Assembly: GCA_965208325.1 (NCBI GenBank)
Contig: OZ242326.1
Location: 2,432,001 to 2,496,000 of the forward strand
Source of the DNA: Candidatus Poribacteria bacterium
GTDB lineage: Bacteria; Poribacteria; WGA-4E; PCPOR2b
Length of the DNA: 64,000 nucleotides
Reading direction: 5' to 3'
Shown here: positions 38,752 through 48,955 of the stretch, one piece after another
Layout of the letters: each line of letters starts with the position of its first letter
How positions within the stretch are numbered: position 1 is the first letter of the stretch
Program-made: the position numbers and the translations under genes
The notes under the pieces: generated by a model
Seen by the model: the letters and a program-made list of their open reading frames with translations, nothing else
What the model was told of the DNA's origin: nothing
Databases searched by the model: none

Positions 38752-41700
38752 ACGAGAGAAACTACTCAAAGATCTTCGGAACTTTGCCTCTCAAGGAAAC
38801 GGAGTCATTATCGGCAGTCCTGGCGTCGGGAAAACATACTTGCTTAACGAACTCCGTCAGAATCTAATATCTGCTGGAATACCGCATCTCCTGCTACCGA
38901 TTGACCAACTCGGGGATGGCGCCGATAAAACTTTACGACAAGCATTGTCTTTCGAAGGCGATTTAATCGAAAAGTTGCTATCTGTTCCAGTTTCCGACAA
39001 AAAACCAATGTTACTATTTGATGCCTTCGATGCCGCTCGAAATGAACAGACACGCCAGCGATTTCTTCAACTGATTCGACGTGCAATTCAAGAACTCAGC
39101 GCTTGGAATGTCGTGGTCACAGTCCGTACCTATGACGCAAAAAAATCCCAAGAGTTATTAGACCTATTTGGCGGCACTCTTGATCCCGATTTACATCAAT
39201 ACCAAAATACAGCGATTTTGTGCCGACATTTCACTATTCCGCGGTTGAATGAGGCTGAGATTCAACAAGCCCTTAACCAGATGCAGTGTCCGGAATCAAT
39301 TTACAATTCTGGTTCTAAGGAATTTAAGCCGCTTTTTGCAATCCCATTTAACCTTTGGCTACTGGAGAAGATCCTAAAAACCTCACCGGATTTCGATTGT
39401 TTTAGTCATATTCGCTCTGAAGTCCAACTACTAAGCTTTTTTTGGCAACGGCGAATTGAGGGCGAAAACAATGGAGAGCATCGTCGATTTGTTCTTGAAC
39501 AAATTTCACACCGGATGGTTGAAGACAATTCATTGAGCGTCAGGCAGAACGACGTTTATAACGATCTGAACCTTGATGTTCCAGCGAGGCAAGGGGCATG
39601 GGACGATTTACTGAGTGATGAAATCTTGGCAAAGGTTTCTTTGACCGGGCAACGGATTGCTTTTTCTCACAACATCCTCTTCGACTACGCAATTAGCGTC
39701 CTACTCATTGATGACGAACCAAAACAACTTGAACGCTTTATCCTTGAAGATCCGTCGCGTCCGCTTTTTCTCCGACCAAGTCTCACCTACTTTTTCACCC
39801 GCCTCTGGCACGATGATCCAGAAACGTTTTGGAGAGCTTTCTGGCACATTTTCCCAAGCAATCAGTCCGTACATATACGCCTATTTGCCCGTTTGATTCC
39901 GACCAGCGTTATCGCAATTGAAGCCCACGTAATTAGCCAATTGACGCCGTTTTTCGATAAACTTAAGAGTGATAAAGAAATTGCCAATCAAGCAGTGATG
40001 TGGCTGTTGCAATCTCTCAATACGCTACAAATTGAACGCGACGAACTCTGGGTTGATTTTTTCGACCAAGTATCGGAAAATTTGCACAGCGACTTCGCGT
40101 GGGATTTGGCAACTATTACCTCTGCGGTGCTTGAGAGGTCAAAGACTGAAGACTCGGTTACCATAAACGCTTGCGGACGGATTGGACGCCGGTTACTCAA
40201 ATGGATTTGGCAAGCGCGAGAGACGAGCGAAAATGACTGGAATAACCGGCTCGGGAGTTCTTGGGCGGTTCCACTCGTCGCCAAGACTTTTGGAAATAAT
40301 CCTAAAGAATCGCGGGTACTGCTGGAAACAGTTCTCGACCTGACGCGGAAAGAAAATTTCACTATAAATTTCCTGATGCGGTTGACTAAACATGTTGACA
40401 GGATTTGGCTTCATGACCCTGAGTTTGTCACTCGAACTTATCTCGTGGTGTTTACTCACAACGAGACTAGCAATGAGATGACGCGCCTAGGCGGCGGTCC
40501 CATATTGCCTCTAGCAAGTACACGCCATCAAGACTACAGCAGTTGCCAGTATTTGTTGATACAGCATTTCCCGAACTTCCTGCGAGCTGCGCCATTATTC
40601 GCGACGCAAACAATGATTCCAATTTTGAACAACTTCATTTCTAAGACATATATCTTCAGTTTTGAAGACCGTGTGGACCGTGAAGATTCGCCCGAGAAGT
40701 TCAATTTTCGTGGAAAGCTTGCCCACTATGTACAGGACTACAGTTGCGAATGGGATAAAGTAGGATATCCTGATGAGCCAATCCAAATGGCAGATTCGTG
40801 GTTTGACTTCATCGCGGAATTGGCGGGGTTGACAGAAGCCCATTTGCTTCTTGATTCCCTACTAGACGTTTTCCGTGATGATGTCCGGGTTGCGTTCTTC
40901 TGGAAACGGCTATTGAAAACAGCGTCTCAATTTCCCGATGTCTTCGCGCCACGTCTGTTTGAACTGTGTATAGCGAAGCCGATACACATGGGTAACGATG
41001 TCCTAGACAATCTTTGTACGTTTTTAAAAGCTGCTGCGTGTCATTTCACGCGTGGGCAACGGCGTCAGATTGAAGAAAGCATTCTGGCGCTCCCCCGCGA
41101 AAGCGGTAACAACCGGCTATTTCTTCACCGTCGTAGAAATCAACTTCTAGAAAAAATCCCTTCGAATTTGTTAATTACGGAGGCTGCAAAGAAAATCCGC
41201 AAAGAATTCGAGCGTGAAAACGATGTCCCCGAAATTCCAACGTCTGCCGGTTTTGAATCTTCCCGTATACAAAATTCGTACGACCATCCTTTCTATCAGG
41301 GTGCTGACTCCGACGTACCTGAGAATCAAGAATTGAAAATCTTGGTTGATTCACTCACTCAATTCAGTTCAGATTGGCTAAATGGCAAACCGACGGAAGA
41401 CGCCGCTGAGTTGATTTTGCCAGAGTTAAGGGCCGCTTACGCCGCAATAAACGAAGACGAGGACATGGATGAGCAGGTATCAGATCGCCTCTGGTACAAA
41501 CTTACCGATTGCGCTGCAATCTTAAGTCGAGTAGTCGATAATACTGAAAGTCCCCTTTTCGATTTCTGCCGCCTAGTACTTTTACACGGCGCAACGCATA
41601 AACTTCCCGAACCGGAATTTGAACGCGATGCTCAATTAAGTTCTTCAAGCTATTCCCCATTTCCTCGACATGAAGCCGCCAAGGGATTACTAAGACTCGC

Positions 41701-42787
41701 GATTCGTCAATCTGATTCGGAAATGTTAAACGCGATCGAGGTTCTTGCACGCGATCCCGTACCGTCGGTTCGGATGGTGACAGCAACGGGTTTGTTCATG
41801 GTTTACGTCACTGCTCCAGAAAAATTCTGGCAGATCGTCGGGCAAAGAGCAGCTAATGAGAAAAATCTGGTCGTGCAAGGTCACATGTGTGCTACGTTAA
41901 CTCGGGTTGTCGGGCAAGGAATAGAGGAAGAAGAAAACACTGTAGGTGTTATGGACCAGATGCTGAAGTCGGCACTTGCACGCGCGCAGGCATTAAATCT
42001 GTCAAATTCGTTTGTCAATTTGTTGATGTGGCTGGCAATCGGTCGTAAAAATCCATGGGCATTGCAGACCATCGAACAAACCTTTTTCGAGGTACCAATC
42101 CAGTTCGCTCCATCCATGAATCATGCTGTTTCTTGGGCCATGCGAGAGTTTGTCGTCCCCAAGAATCTCGAATCAGATGACGCATGCGAAACGCTTCAAC
42201 GAGCTATTAAATGGTTAAAACAAGTAATTGACGTGGCTTCAGCCACGATTGAAGAATTGTCCGCGACCACCAACGGCGCTAGGACTGCAGAAACAACGAA
42301 ACAGTTACAGGACATCTACGGTGTGATTGACGAAGTTATCACGCGCCTATACTATACAACGGCCGCCCACGAAAAAGGTCAACCTGAGGAAATTGACGGT
42401 AAGCTACACTGTCAATTCTACGATCAAGTCAAGCCGTTAATGGAAGATGTCACTACTTTCGCATTAGGCGAACACGGCATCATGTTCGCTCCGACAGCCT
42501 ATCGTTTCACGCAACTCCTAACCTGTTTTATAAGCTGTAATCCCAAAGAGGTAATCCATCTCGCAGAGCGTGTTGCGAGGTCAAGCGAACCTTCCGGTTA
42601 TAATTTCGACTCCCTTGCAATCGAGGAAGTAGTCAAATTTGTCGAAATTGTCCTCGCGGACCACCGCAGCGAAGTGCGTGGTGGTGAAAGCTTGGAAAAC
42701 CTCCTGAAGCTGCTGGATATGTTTGCCAAAGCCGGTTGGTCAGATGCCCTAAGGCTCGTCTGGCGTCTTGATGAGATCTTTCGATAG
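38741..42787 (+). CDS. STAND NTPase, Avs2 (AVAST type II)-like, lacking an N-terminal effector
   Basis: Walker A GSPGVGKT at about residue 25, Walker B LLFDAFD, VVTVR, FSHNILFDY, long helical sensor region, C-terminus GYNFDSLAIEEVVKFVE..LADHR..AGWSDALRLVWRLDEIFR; GAAAGGA RBS before GTG 38741. Confidence 0.75.
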   Translation: MRIKREKLLKDLRNFASQGNGVIIGSPGVGKTYLLNELRQNLISAGIPHLLLPIDQLGDGADKTLRQALSFEGDLIEKLLSVPVSDKKPMLLFDAFDAARNEQTRQRFLQLIRRAIQELSAWNVVVTVRTYDAKKSQELLDLFGGTLDPDLHQYQNTAILCRHFTIPRLNEAEIQQALNQMQCPESIYNSGSKEFKPLFAIPFNLWLLEKILKTSPDFDCFSHIRSEVQLLSFFWQRRIEGENNGEHRRFVLEQISHRMVEDNSLSVRQNDVYNDLNLDVPARQGAWDDLLSDEILAKVSLTGQRIAFSHNILFDYAISVLLIDDEPKQLERFILEDPSRPLFLRPSLTYFFTRLWHDDPETFWRAFWHIFPSNQSVHIRLFARLIPTSVIAIEAHVISQLTPFFDKLKSDKEIANQAVMWLLQSLNTLQIERDELWVDFFDQVSENLHSDFAWDLATITSAVLERSKTEDSVTINACGRIGRRLLKWIWQARETSENDWNNRLGSSWAVPLVAKTFGNNPKESRVLLETVLDLTRKENFTINFLMRLTKHVDRIWLHDPEFVTRTYLVVFTHNETSNEMTRLGGGPILPLASTRHQDYSSCQYLLIQHFPNFLRAAPLFATQTMIPILNNFISKTYIFSFEDRVDREDSPEKFNFRGKLAHYVQDYSCEWDKVGYPDEPIQMADSWFDFIAELAGLTEAHLLLDSLLDVFRDDVRVAFFWKRLLKTASQFPDVFAPRLFELCIAKPIHMGNDVLDNLCTFLKAAACHFTRGQRRQIEESILALPRESGNNRLFLHRRRNQLLEKIPSNLLITEAAKKIRKEFERENDVPEIPTSAGFESSRIQNSYDHPFYQGADSDVPENQELKILVDSLTQFSSDWLNGKPTEDAAELILPELRAAYAAINEDEDMDEQVSDRLWYKLTDCAAILSRVVDNTESPLFDFCRLVLLHGATHKLPEPEFERDAQLSSSSYSPFPRHEAAKGLLRLAIRQSDSEMLNAIEVLARDPVPSVRMVTATGLFMVYVTAPEKFWQIVGQRAANEKNLVVQGHMCATLTRVVGQGIEEEENTVGVMDQMLKSALARAQALNLSNSFVNLLMWLAIGRKNPWALQTIEQTFFEVPIQFAPSMNHAVSWAMREFVVPKNLESDDACETLQRAIKWLKQVIDVASATIEELSATTNGARTAETTKQLQDIYGVIDEVITRLYYTTAAHEKGQPEEIDGKLHCQFYDQVKPLMEDVTTFALGEHGIMFAPTAYRFTQLLTCFISCNPKEVIHLAERVARSSEPSGYNFDSLAIEEVVKFVEIVLADHRSEVRGGESLENLLKLLDMFAKAGWSDALRLVWRLDEIFR

Positions 42788-43191
42788 GATTTTTCGTGCA
42801 CACGCCTGGTGCTCGTATTATTGACGGAACACTCAAATAGATCTCGAAGTCATGTAGGATTTCCGTATTCATTCCGCAAAACCCATAACGGTGAGTTTGG
42901 AGACAGCGGAAATCGTTGAAAAGTTGGCTGTTTGAATGGCAGGTCGGGAATGTGCAGGAAAATGAAAAGAGGATAATTGTAGTGTGAGACCCCGCGATAC
43001 GCGATAAAAGATTGTAAACGACCAAATGCTTTAGAAATGTGCTCGGACTAAGTTATTTTGGAAACAATGTGAACCGTATCATTGTTGATCTCAACGCCGA
43101 GTTGGATAGATGGTACAAACCGAATCCAACAGGACAAGGCTGTCACGCTTTTGAGCGAGAAGCCGGTTACAGCTAAGGAAGGCATCGAATC

Positions 43192-43788
43192 GTGAAGCTA
43201 TGCTCATACATAGTAGCAACAGACTACGGATTCGCTCCAAATCCGTTCTACGGCTTCTGTACACTAGCAACTTGCAAATCTAGAATTCGAAAGAGCGCTA
43301 AGATTGGCGACTGGGTTATTGGTACTGGCTCAAAGGCTATTCAACGAGATGGTAATCTTGTCTATGTCATGCGTGTAACGGAGACAATTACGTTTGATGA
43401 ATACTGGAAAGACCCTCGTTTTAGTAATAAACGTCCTGACATGCACGCCAATGACAAGAAAGCCATCTTCGGCGACAATATCTATCACAAAGACCCTGAT
43501 TCAAATGAGTGGTGTCAGATAGATACCTATCACAGCCGTCGCGATAGAACGCCGTGTTATTCGTATATTTGCGATGACACGGAGGTAGACCAAGTCTTAA
43601 TCAGTGACGATTTCATTTACTGGGGAGGAACCGGACCCAAACTCCCTAGGTTTTGTGGGGTCAATTTTTGCTGGGATCGGCAGGGGCATAAGTGCAATTT
43701 TCCACAAGAAGCTGTTGCAGAATTAATCGCGTGGATTCGTAGTCTCAAAGATAGGGGCTACTGCGGTCGTCCTTCAGACTGGCGATGA
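43192..43788 (+). CDS. Nmad2 (nucleotide-modification-associated domain 2) protein
   Basis: SYIVATDYGFAPNPFYGFCTLATCKSRIRKSAKIGDWVIGTG...GDNIYH...VLISDDFIYWG. Confidence 0.8.
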   Translation: MKLCSYIVATDYGFAPNPFYGFCTLATCKSRIRKSAKIGDWVIGTGSKAIQRDGNLVYVMRVTETITFDEYWKDPRFSNKRPDMHANDKKAIFGDNIYHKDPDSNEWCQIDTYHSRRDRTPCYSYICDDTEVDQVLISDDFIYWGGTGPKLPRFCGVNFCWDRQGHKCNFPQEAVAELIAWIRSLKDRGYCGRPSDWR

Positions 43789-43879
43789 CCCGCAATACAT
43801 CGTCAAACTCATCGCCAAAGTAATCACCGTCAGCCTCGAAACCGTCGACATTGTGGAAAATTTGCCGGAATTGGGATAA
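43781..43879 (+). repeat. 96-bp direct repeat, copy 2: orphan R-M C-terminus with its own stop codon
   Basis: Encodes GDDPQYIVKLIAKVITVSLETVDIVENLPELG*. Confidence 0.95.
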
Positions 43880-43904
43880 AAATGGATATGGAGGAAATTC
43901 AACG

Positions 43905-44750
43905 ATGTCAAATTCTATCGTTAACTTGGGAAAGCTAGCAAAGCCTTTTGACACCCTGGTCAAGAAAATTGCGAAAGGCATCGGTGGCACGGTTGCTCCT
44001 TGGCAGATCAAAAGAGTTGCTAGGGCAGAAGCTGAGGCTGCAAGAATTAATGCGCAATCTGAGATTGAAGTGACCGACTTACATCAAAGAGCCGCGCAGC
44101 GTCGAATTGAAGAAGATGCACGTCAACAAAAGAATATGGAAGATATTATCACTAAAGCAGCACCACATTTGAAAGAAGATGCAAAACCCGACGCCATGGC
44201 TGACGACTGGATCTCCAACTTCTTTGATAAATCTCGAATCGTATCCGACAGTGAAATGCAGAGTTTGTGGTCGCGCGTACTGGCAGGTGAAGCGAACACT
44301 CCTGGTACCTACTCCAAGCGTACCGTTAATCTTATTGCGGAGTTTGACAGGCGCGATGCTGAACTTTTCACTAAGCTTTGTGGATTTGGCTGGATTATAG
44401 GAAATGTAATACCTTTGGTGTTTGATGTGCAGGCGGAAATTTACACTAAACAAGGAATAACCTTCGATAGCGTGAGTCATCTTGAAAGTTTTGGACTTGT
44501 TCAATCTGCAGGAGTTACTGGTTTCAGCCGAGTCAATTTGCGCAAAAGACTTATTGTGTACTACTATAGTAAGCCATTGCTACTGGAATTCCCCAAGGAT
44601 ACTGGTAACGAGCTAAAGATTGGAAAGATACGTCTCACTAAAATCGGACAGGAACTTGCGCCAATATGCGGAAGTAAGCCAGTAGAAGGTTTCTACGAAT
44701 ACGTCAAGAACCGGTGGAAGCAATTCATTCCCAAGGGTGAAAAAACATAA
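43905..44750 (+). CDS. DUF2806-family protein
   Basis: GGAGG RBS; RQQKNMEDI, DDWISNFFDKSRIVSDSEMQSLWSRVLAGEANTPGTYSKRT. Confidence 0.8.
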   Translation: MSNSIVNLGKLAKPFDTLVKKIAKGIGGTVAPWQIKRVARAEAEAARINAQSEIEVTDLHQRAAQRRIEEDARQQKNMEDIITKAAPHLKEDAKPDAMADDWISNFFDKSRIVSDSEMQSLWSRVLAGEANTPGTYSKRTVNLIAEFDRRDAELFTKLCGFGWIIGNVIPLVFDVQAEIYTKQGITFDSVSHLESFGLVQSAGVTGFSRVNLRKRLIVYYYSKPLLLEFPKDTGNELKIGKIRLTKIGQELAPICGSKPVEGFYEYVKNRWKQFIPKGEKT

Positions 44751-45106
44751 TAGCAGTAGTAAGTCCTTAGTAGGTTGGGCAGAGTGAACACATTCGTAGC
44801 GCTTGGAAAGACTGCACAAGGTAGCAGGTGAAAACCACCGTTTTCTTTCTATAGCCCATTAGCGAAACCCAACGCTTTTGGAATTACCTTCAACTTGCGT
44901 AACGCATTGTTACGTTGGCTATGCGAGATAAAAATAATTCCTCTAGCAAACGACGAATAGGCGATTGGACACCGTAGGTGCGAATTGGTCTCTGCCAACT
45001 CATTTACAGGAGTTCAGAAGCTGAAATTGCAGCCACAGACGTATCGGTAGACTTAACAGAAGGTGACTTGCACCTCGCGTAGCAAGACATAGAAAAGGAG
45101 AAACTC

Positions 45107-46054
45107 ATGCGCCAGATGACATGGATAGGCAGACCCGTAAACGAAAACTCTGACCACTTCGAAAAAATACGCGGTCTTATTCCGACCTTCAGCAGAGAGG
45201 GTTTTAAAATCGATGGCCAAGAAAACGAGCATCTCGACATGATTGTCAAGCTGCCTCGATACCCAAACGATACAAAAATTCCAGTGGCAACGGTATCGAA
45301 ATCCTACTCGCTCATTCAACACCGTGAAATACTCAACGAAATAGAAAGCGCGTTGAAAACTATGGGTTACCCAATCGAAAATTTTGAAACAGACCTACAA
45401 TTGACAATCTACGGAGAACGCATGTGGTTGAGGATTACTTTCCAAGAGGAGCACTCGTTTGATCCCGGAGATGGGTACCCGCTAACACTACAGCTTCACG
45501 TTATTAACTCGGTTGACGGGAGCACTCCACTAACCTACGAAATGTGCTGGTTCAGACTCATCTGTGAAAACGGTCTTATGCAGTCCAACAGCGCAAGTGC
45601 CCGAATAAGGCACACTGCCTCACTAGATAAAACAAAATTCGTTGAACTCCTCGATTCCAGCATTAACGAGATGCGCGCTGAAGCCGATGCATACATGACT
45701 TGGTACGAAATACCGTTAAACCCGGGCACACAGATATTGGAAGACTGGATTGACTCGACGGTGAATAATAAGTGGGGCTTCCGGCTCGCAGCGCGTAGCT
45801 ATCACATAATTAAAACCGGAATGGACGGTAGAGTAGACAAAGTCGACGCGACTTCGGCGGAAAAACGTAAAGCCCCGCACACAATCAAAGTTTCGTCCGA
45901 ACAATCGGTGCCGGGGGCAATACCTGCTGAGAATGTCTATGATGTTGCAAACGCACTATCCTGGATTGCGTCACACCGCAATTCACTCCAAACTCGATAC
46001 AATTACATGAAGGCGATGCCTGAGCTACTTGCCGATCTTAACCAGAGACTCTAA
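45107..46054 (+). CDS. DUF932-family phage/plasmid-associated protein
   Basis: VSKSYSLIQH, GERM, INSVDGST, FRLICENGL; AAGGAG RBS. Confidence 0.75.
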   Translation: MRQMTWIGRPVNENSDHFEKIRGLIPTFSREGFKIDGQENEHLDMIVKLPRYPNDTKIPVATVSKSYSLIQHREILNEIESALKTMGYPIENFETDLQLTIYGERMWLRITFQEEHSFDPGDGYPLTLQLHVINSVDGSTPLTYEMCWFRLICENGLMQSNSASARIRHTASLDKTKFVELLDSSINEMRAEADAYMTWYEIPLNPGTQILEDWIDSTVNNKWGFRLAARSYHIIKTGMDGRVDKVDATSAEKRKAPHTIKVSSEQSVPGAIPAENVYDVANALSWIASHRNSLQTRYNYMKAMPELLADLNQRL

Positions 46055-46139
46055 GGCAATTAAGACCCATTTGAAAACTTTCAACCTATTGAAGTAGACA
46101 ACCACGTACACATATGAAATTGCAATGTGAGTTGTTTTT

Positions 46140-46579
46140 GTAGGTTGGGTAGAGCGGATATGGTGAAACATGCGTGGTATTTGGTAAGCATTACATACGT
46201 TGAAATTGTTTGGCACATGTAATAGTGTAGCAAAACCCAACGTTTTTGAAACGTTCGCATAGCCGACCGGCAGACGCCAACACCGGAACACTAGGAACAA
46301 GGAACTACAATGAGCGTAATAGGAATTCGGAGCGGTGTATAGTAATCGGAATTTGTTAGCGTTCCCGGAGGGTATAAAAGCGTTGGGTTTCGTTCTGGGC
46401 GTATTGACAACAGCATTGTTAGAAATTCGTAACGGTCAATTGCTATCAGAACCGTTTTGGAATTACCCGCTCTACCCAACCTACAGAAACTGCGTGAATC
46501 AAATTTGGAGGTCGTTAGGCTTCCAGAATGAAACGTAAAACTGTACATCATTTGGTGAAATCCGCTCAGCCCAACCTAC
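46140..46579. repeat. Cluster of GTAGGTTGGG/CCCAACCTAC REP-like elements
   Basis: Ends at 46140, 46475, 46570. Confidence 0.65.
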
Positions 46580-46660
46580 TAGAGCTGTCCAGTTCACATA
46601 ACGCAAAAACGAAATTACAATATGAATTCATGTCAACCCACGATTGATCGACACACGCCA

Positions 46661-48694
46661 ATGAAAACCCAAGCATTTCGTTACACGCTTATCCTATTGA
46701 GCGGACTTACCTTGTCTACATTCGCCCCGGTTGCTGACGCTCAAATTCAAGATTTCTCAATGTTGAATTTACCTGACGGAGCGATTGTCCGCTTGGGCAA
46801 AGGCGGGGTGAGTTTCGGCGACCGAGGTATCGCGTTTTCGCCCGATGGAAGCCGCCTCGCCGTAGCAACCAGCATCGGCATTTGGCTTTACGATGCCGAG
46901 ACGCTTAGTGAAATTGCACTGCTAGCCGGCCACAACGAAAAGGTGTCCACCGTGGCGTTCTCGCCTGACGGCAAAAAACTGGCTTCAGGGTCGGGCTCCC
47001 AATTGCCCGGAACGCTAAAACTTTGGGATGTCGAAAGCGGACAAAATATCGTTGCATTCCACGTAGAGAGAAGTTCAGTTGTTTCTGCGGCGTTCTCGCC
47101 TGACGGGGCAAAACTTGCCTGGGCGGGACGACTTTGGGATGTGGCAACCGGGCAACAACTCGATATAATCCAAGATAAGGGGTTGTTCAAGCTCGAGTTT
47201 TCGTCCGATGGTGTGATGTTAGCGGGGACAAGCATAAGCGCCGTTAACGGGAAGCGGGCGGGTATTGTAAAGTTATACGATATCGAAACCGGACAACTCC
47301 TTAAAACGCTAAATCAGGGTACAGAACGGGTCTCATCAATCGCCTTTTCACCTGATGGACATCTGTTAGCTTCAGGCTCGGCAGTCGACGGTACAGTCAA
47401 TCTGTGGGATGTAGATTCTGGGCAAAATACCGCCGTATTTACAGTGAAACCAAATGATGGTGTCGCAATGTGTGTTGCGTTCTCACCCGACGGCGCAAAA
47501 CTCGCCGTGGCGTCAGCGGCGGGAATCACCCTGTTGGAAGTATCCACGGGGCAGCATCTCTACACACGGCAACACGTCGAAATCGGCAAACTAGAAATTT
47601 CAGTGGACGTTTTCTCTGTTGCGTTTTCGCCCGACGGCACGAAACTCGCCTCAGCGTCATGGGATGGCGTCAAGCTGTGGGATGCGGCGGCCGGGCAAAA
47701 TATCGCCGCCTTACCCGGCCATGCGCGGGCGGTGAATGCTGTCGCGTTCGCACCTGACGGGTTGACGCTCGCGTCAAATTCGATAAGCGGCGTCCAAGTG
47801 TGGGAGGTTGCCGCCGGACAGCATATCGCCACGCTGGCAGGACCTCCGAATTTTGCCGCCTCCTTTGCGTATTCGCCAGACGGCACAAGACTCGCCGCGG
47901 GGTCAGCCGATGCAAGGAACGCCGAGCATACAGTTAAAATCTGGGACGTAGATACGGGGAAAAATACGTATACCCTGCAAGGGCACTCTGACTTAGTGAC
48001 CGCGGTCGCGTACTCGCAAGACGGAACGCTGCTTGCCGCAGGGTCAAAAGATAGAACTATCAACGTGTGGGATGTCAAAACAGGGCAAAGCGCCGCCAGA
48101 CTACAAGGGCATGAGAGCTCAATCAACGCTGTCGCGTTTTCGCCCGATGGAACGAAACTGGCTTCCGGCGCGGACGATACGTCAATTCGGTTGTGGGAGA
48201 TTCCGAATGGCAAAACACTGCATACACTAGGCGGGGTAAATAGCCCCCAAACCCCGGCAAAAGTGCTGCCCGCGCCGCGCCGAGGAGAGGACATCAACGA
48301 AGTTCAGATGGACAGTGACGGTGATGTTGAACCCGAGATTATCAGGGGTTCTGTCCGATCTGTCGCATTTTCGCCGGACGGGACGAAACTCGCCTCTGCG
48401 TCGATGGATGGCGTCAGACTGTGGCATGTAGGGAGGGGGCAGCTTCTCGGGGCGCTTACGGACGGGGAAGCATCTCCGGGTTTCTCCGTTGCATTTTCTC
48501 CGGATGGCGCAAAACTCGCTTCAGGATCCTGGGATGACACGGCAAAGCTGTGGGATGTTTCCACGCAAAAACATATCGCCGCATTTCGAGGGCATACCGG
48601 CAACGTCTGGACTGTGGCGTTTTCGCCCGACGGCACAAAACTGGCTTCAGGATCAGATGATGGAACGGTGCTGCTGTGGAATGCACCGGAGTAA
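46661..48694 (+). CDS. Secreted WD40-repeat beta-propeller protein
   Basis: Signal peptide; about 14 VAFSPDGxKLASGSxDxTxxLWD repeats; LPDGAIVRLGKG leader. Confidence 0.92.
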   Translation: MKTQAFRYTLILLSGLTLSTFAPVADAQIQDFSMLNLPDGAIVRLGKGGVSFGDRGIAFSPDGSRLAVATSIGIWLYDAETLSEIALLAGHNEKVSTVAFSPDGKKLASGSGSQLPGTLKLWDVESGQNIVAFHVERSSVVSAAFSPDGAKLAWAGRLWDVATGQQLDIIQDKGLFKLEFSSDGVMLAGTSISAVNGKRAGIVKLYDIETGQLLKTLNQGTERVSSIAFSPDGHLLASGSAVDGTVNLWDVDSGQNTAVFTVKPNDGVAMCVAFSPDGAKLAVASAAGITLLEVSTGQHLYTRQHVEIGKLEISVDVFSVAFSPDGTKLASASWDGVKLWDAAAGQNIAALPGHARAVNAVAFAPDGLTLASNSISGVQVWEVAAGQHIATLAGPPNFAASFAYSPDGTRLAAGSADARNAEHTVKIWDVDTGKNTYTLQGHSDLVTAVAYSQDGTLLAAGSKDRTINVWDVKTGQSAARLQGHESSINAVAFSPDGTKLASGADDTSIRLWEIPNGKTLHTLGGVNSPQTPAKVLPAPRRGEDINEVQMDSDGDVEPEIIRGSVRSVAFSPDGTKLASASMDGVRLWHVGRGQLLGALTDGEASPGFSVAFSPDGAKLASGSWDDTAKLWDVSTQKHIAAFRGHTGNVWTVAFSPDGTKLASGSDDGTVLLWNAPE

Positions 48695-48955
48695 ATCGGC
48701 GACTGAATCGTTTTGGCCATCGGACAAAAAAACACCCGTGAGCGGCAACATCGCAATCTCTTCGACACGAGTGGAAATCCGTCACCGTACCGGGGAATGT
48801 GGTATAATGTAGATGAGTCGATGGTGCTCGCCTTTCTGTTTTTGTCAACCCACTGACTTTGTAACAAACTGTATTCCTCAATATATAGCGACTATCATAG
48901 TAGTTTCATTCGAGTCGTATTGACGTGCCGGTGCTAGAGTTAAGGAGTTTTTTGC

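Noticed and set aside
42790..43190. Possible gene remnant between the STAND and Nmad2 genes
   Set aside because: No recognisable motif or convincing ORF
37442..43876. 96-bp repeat pair as DGR template/variable repeats
   Set aside because: Differences are not adenine-specific (C/T, A/G, C/G, C/A) and there is no reverse transcriptase in the window
30135..46054. Intact prophage
   Set aside because: No portal, capsid, tail, lysis or integrase genes recognised
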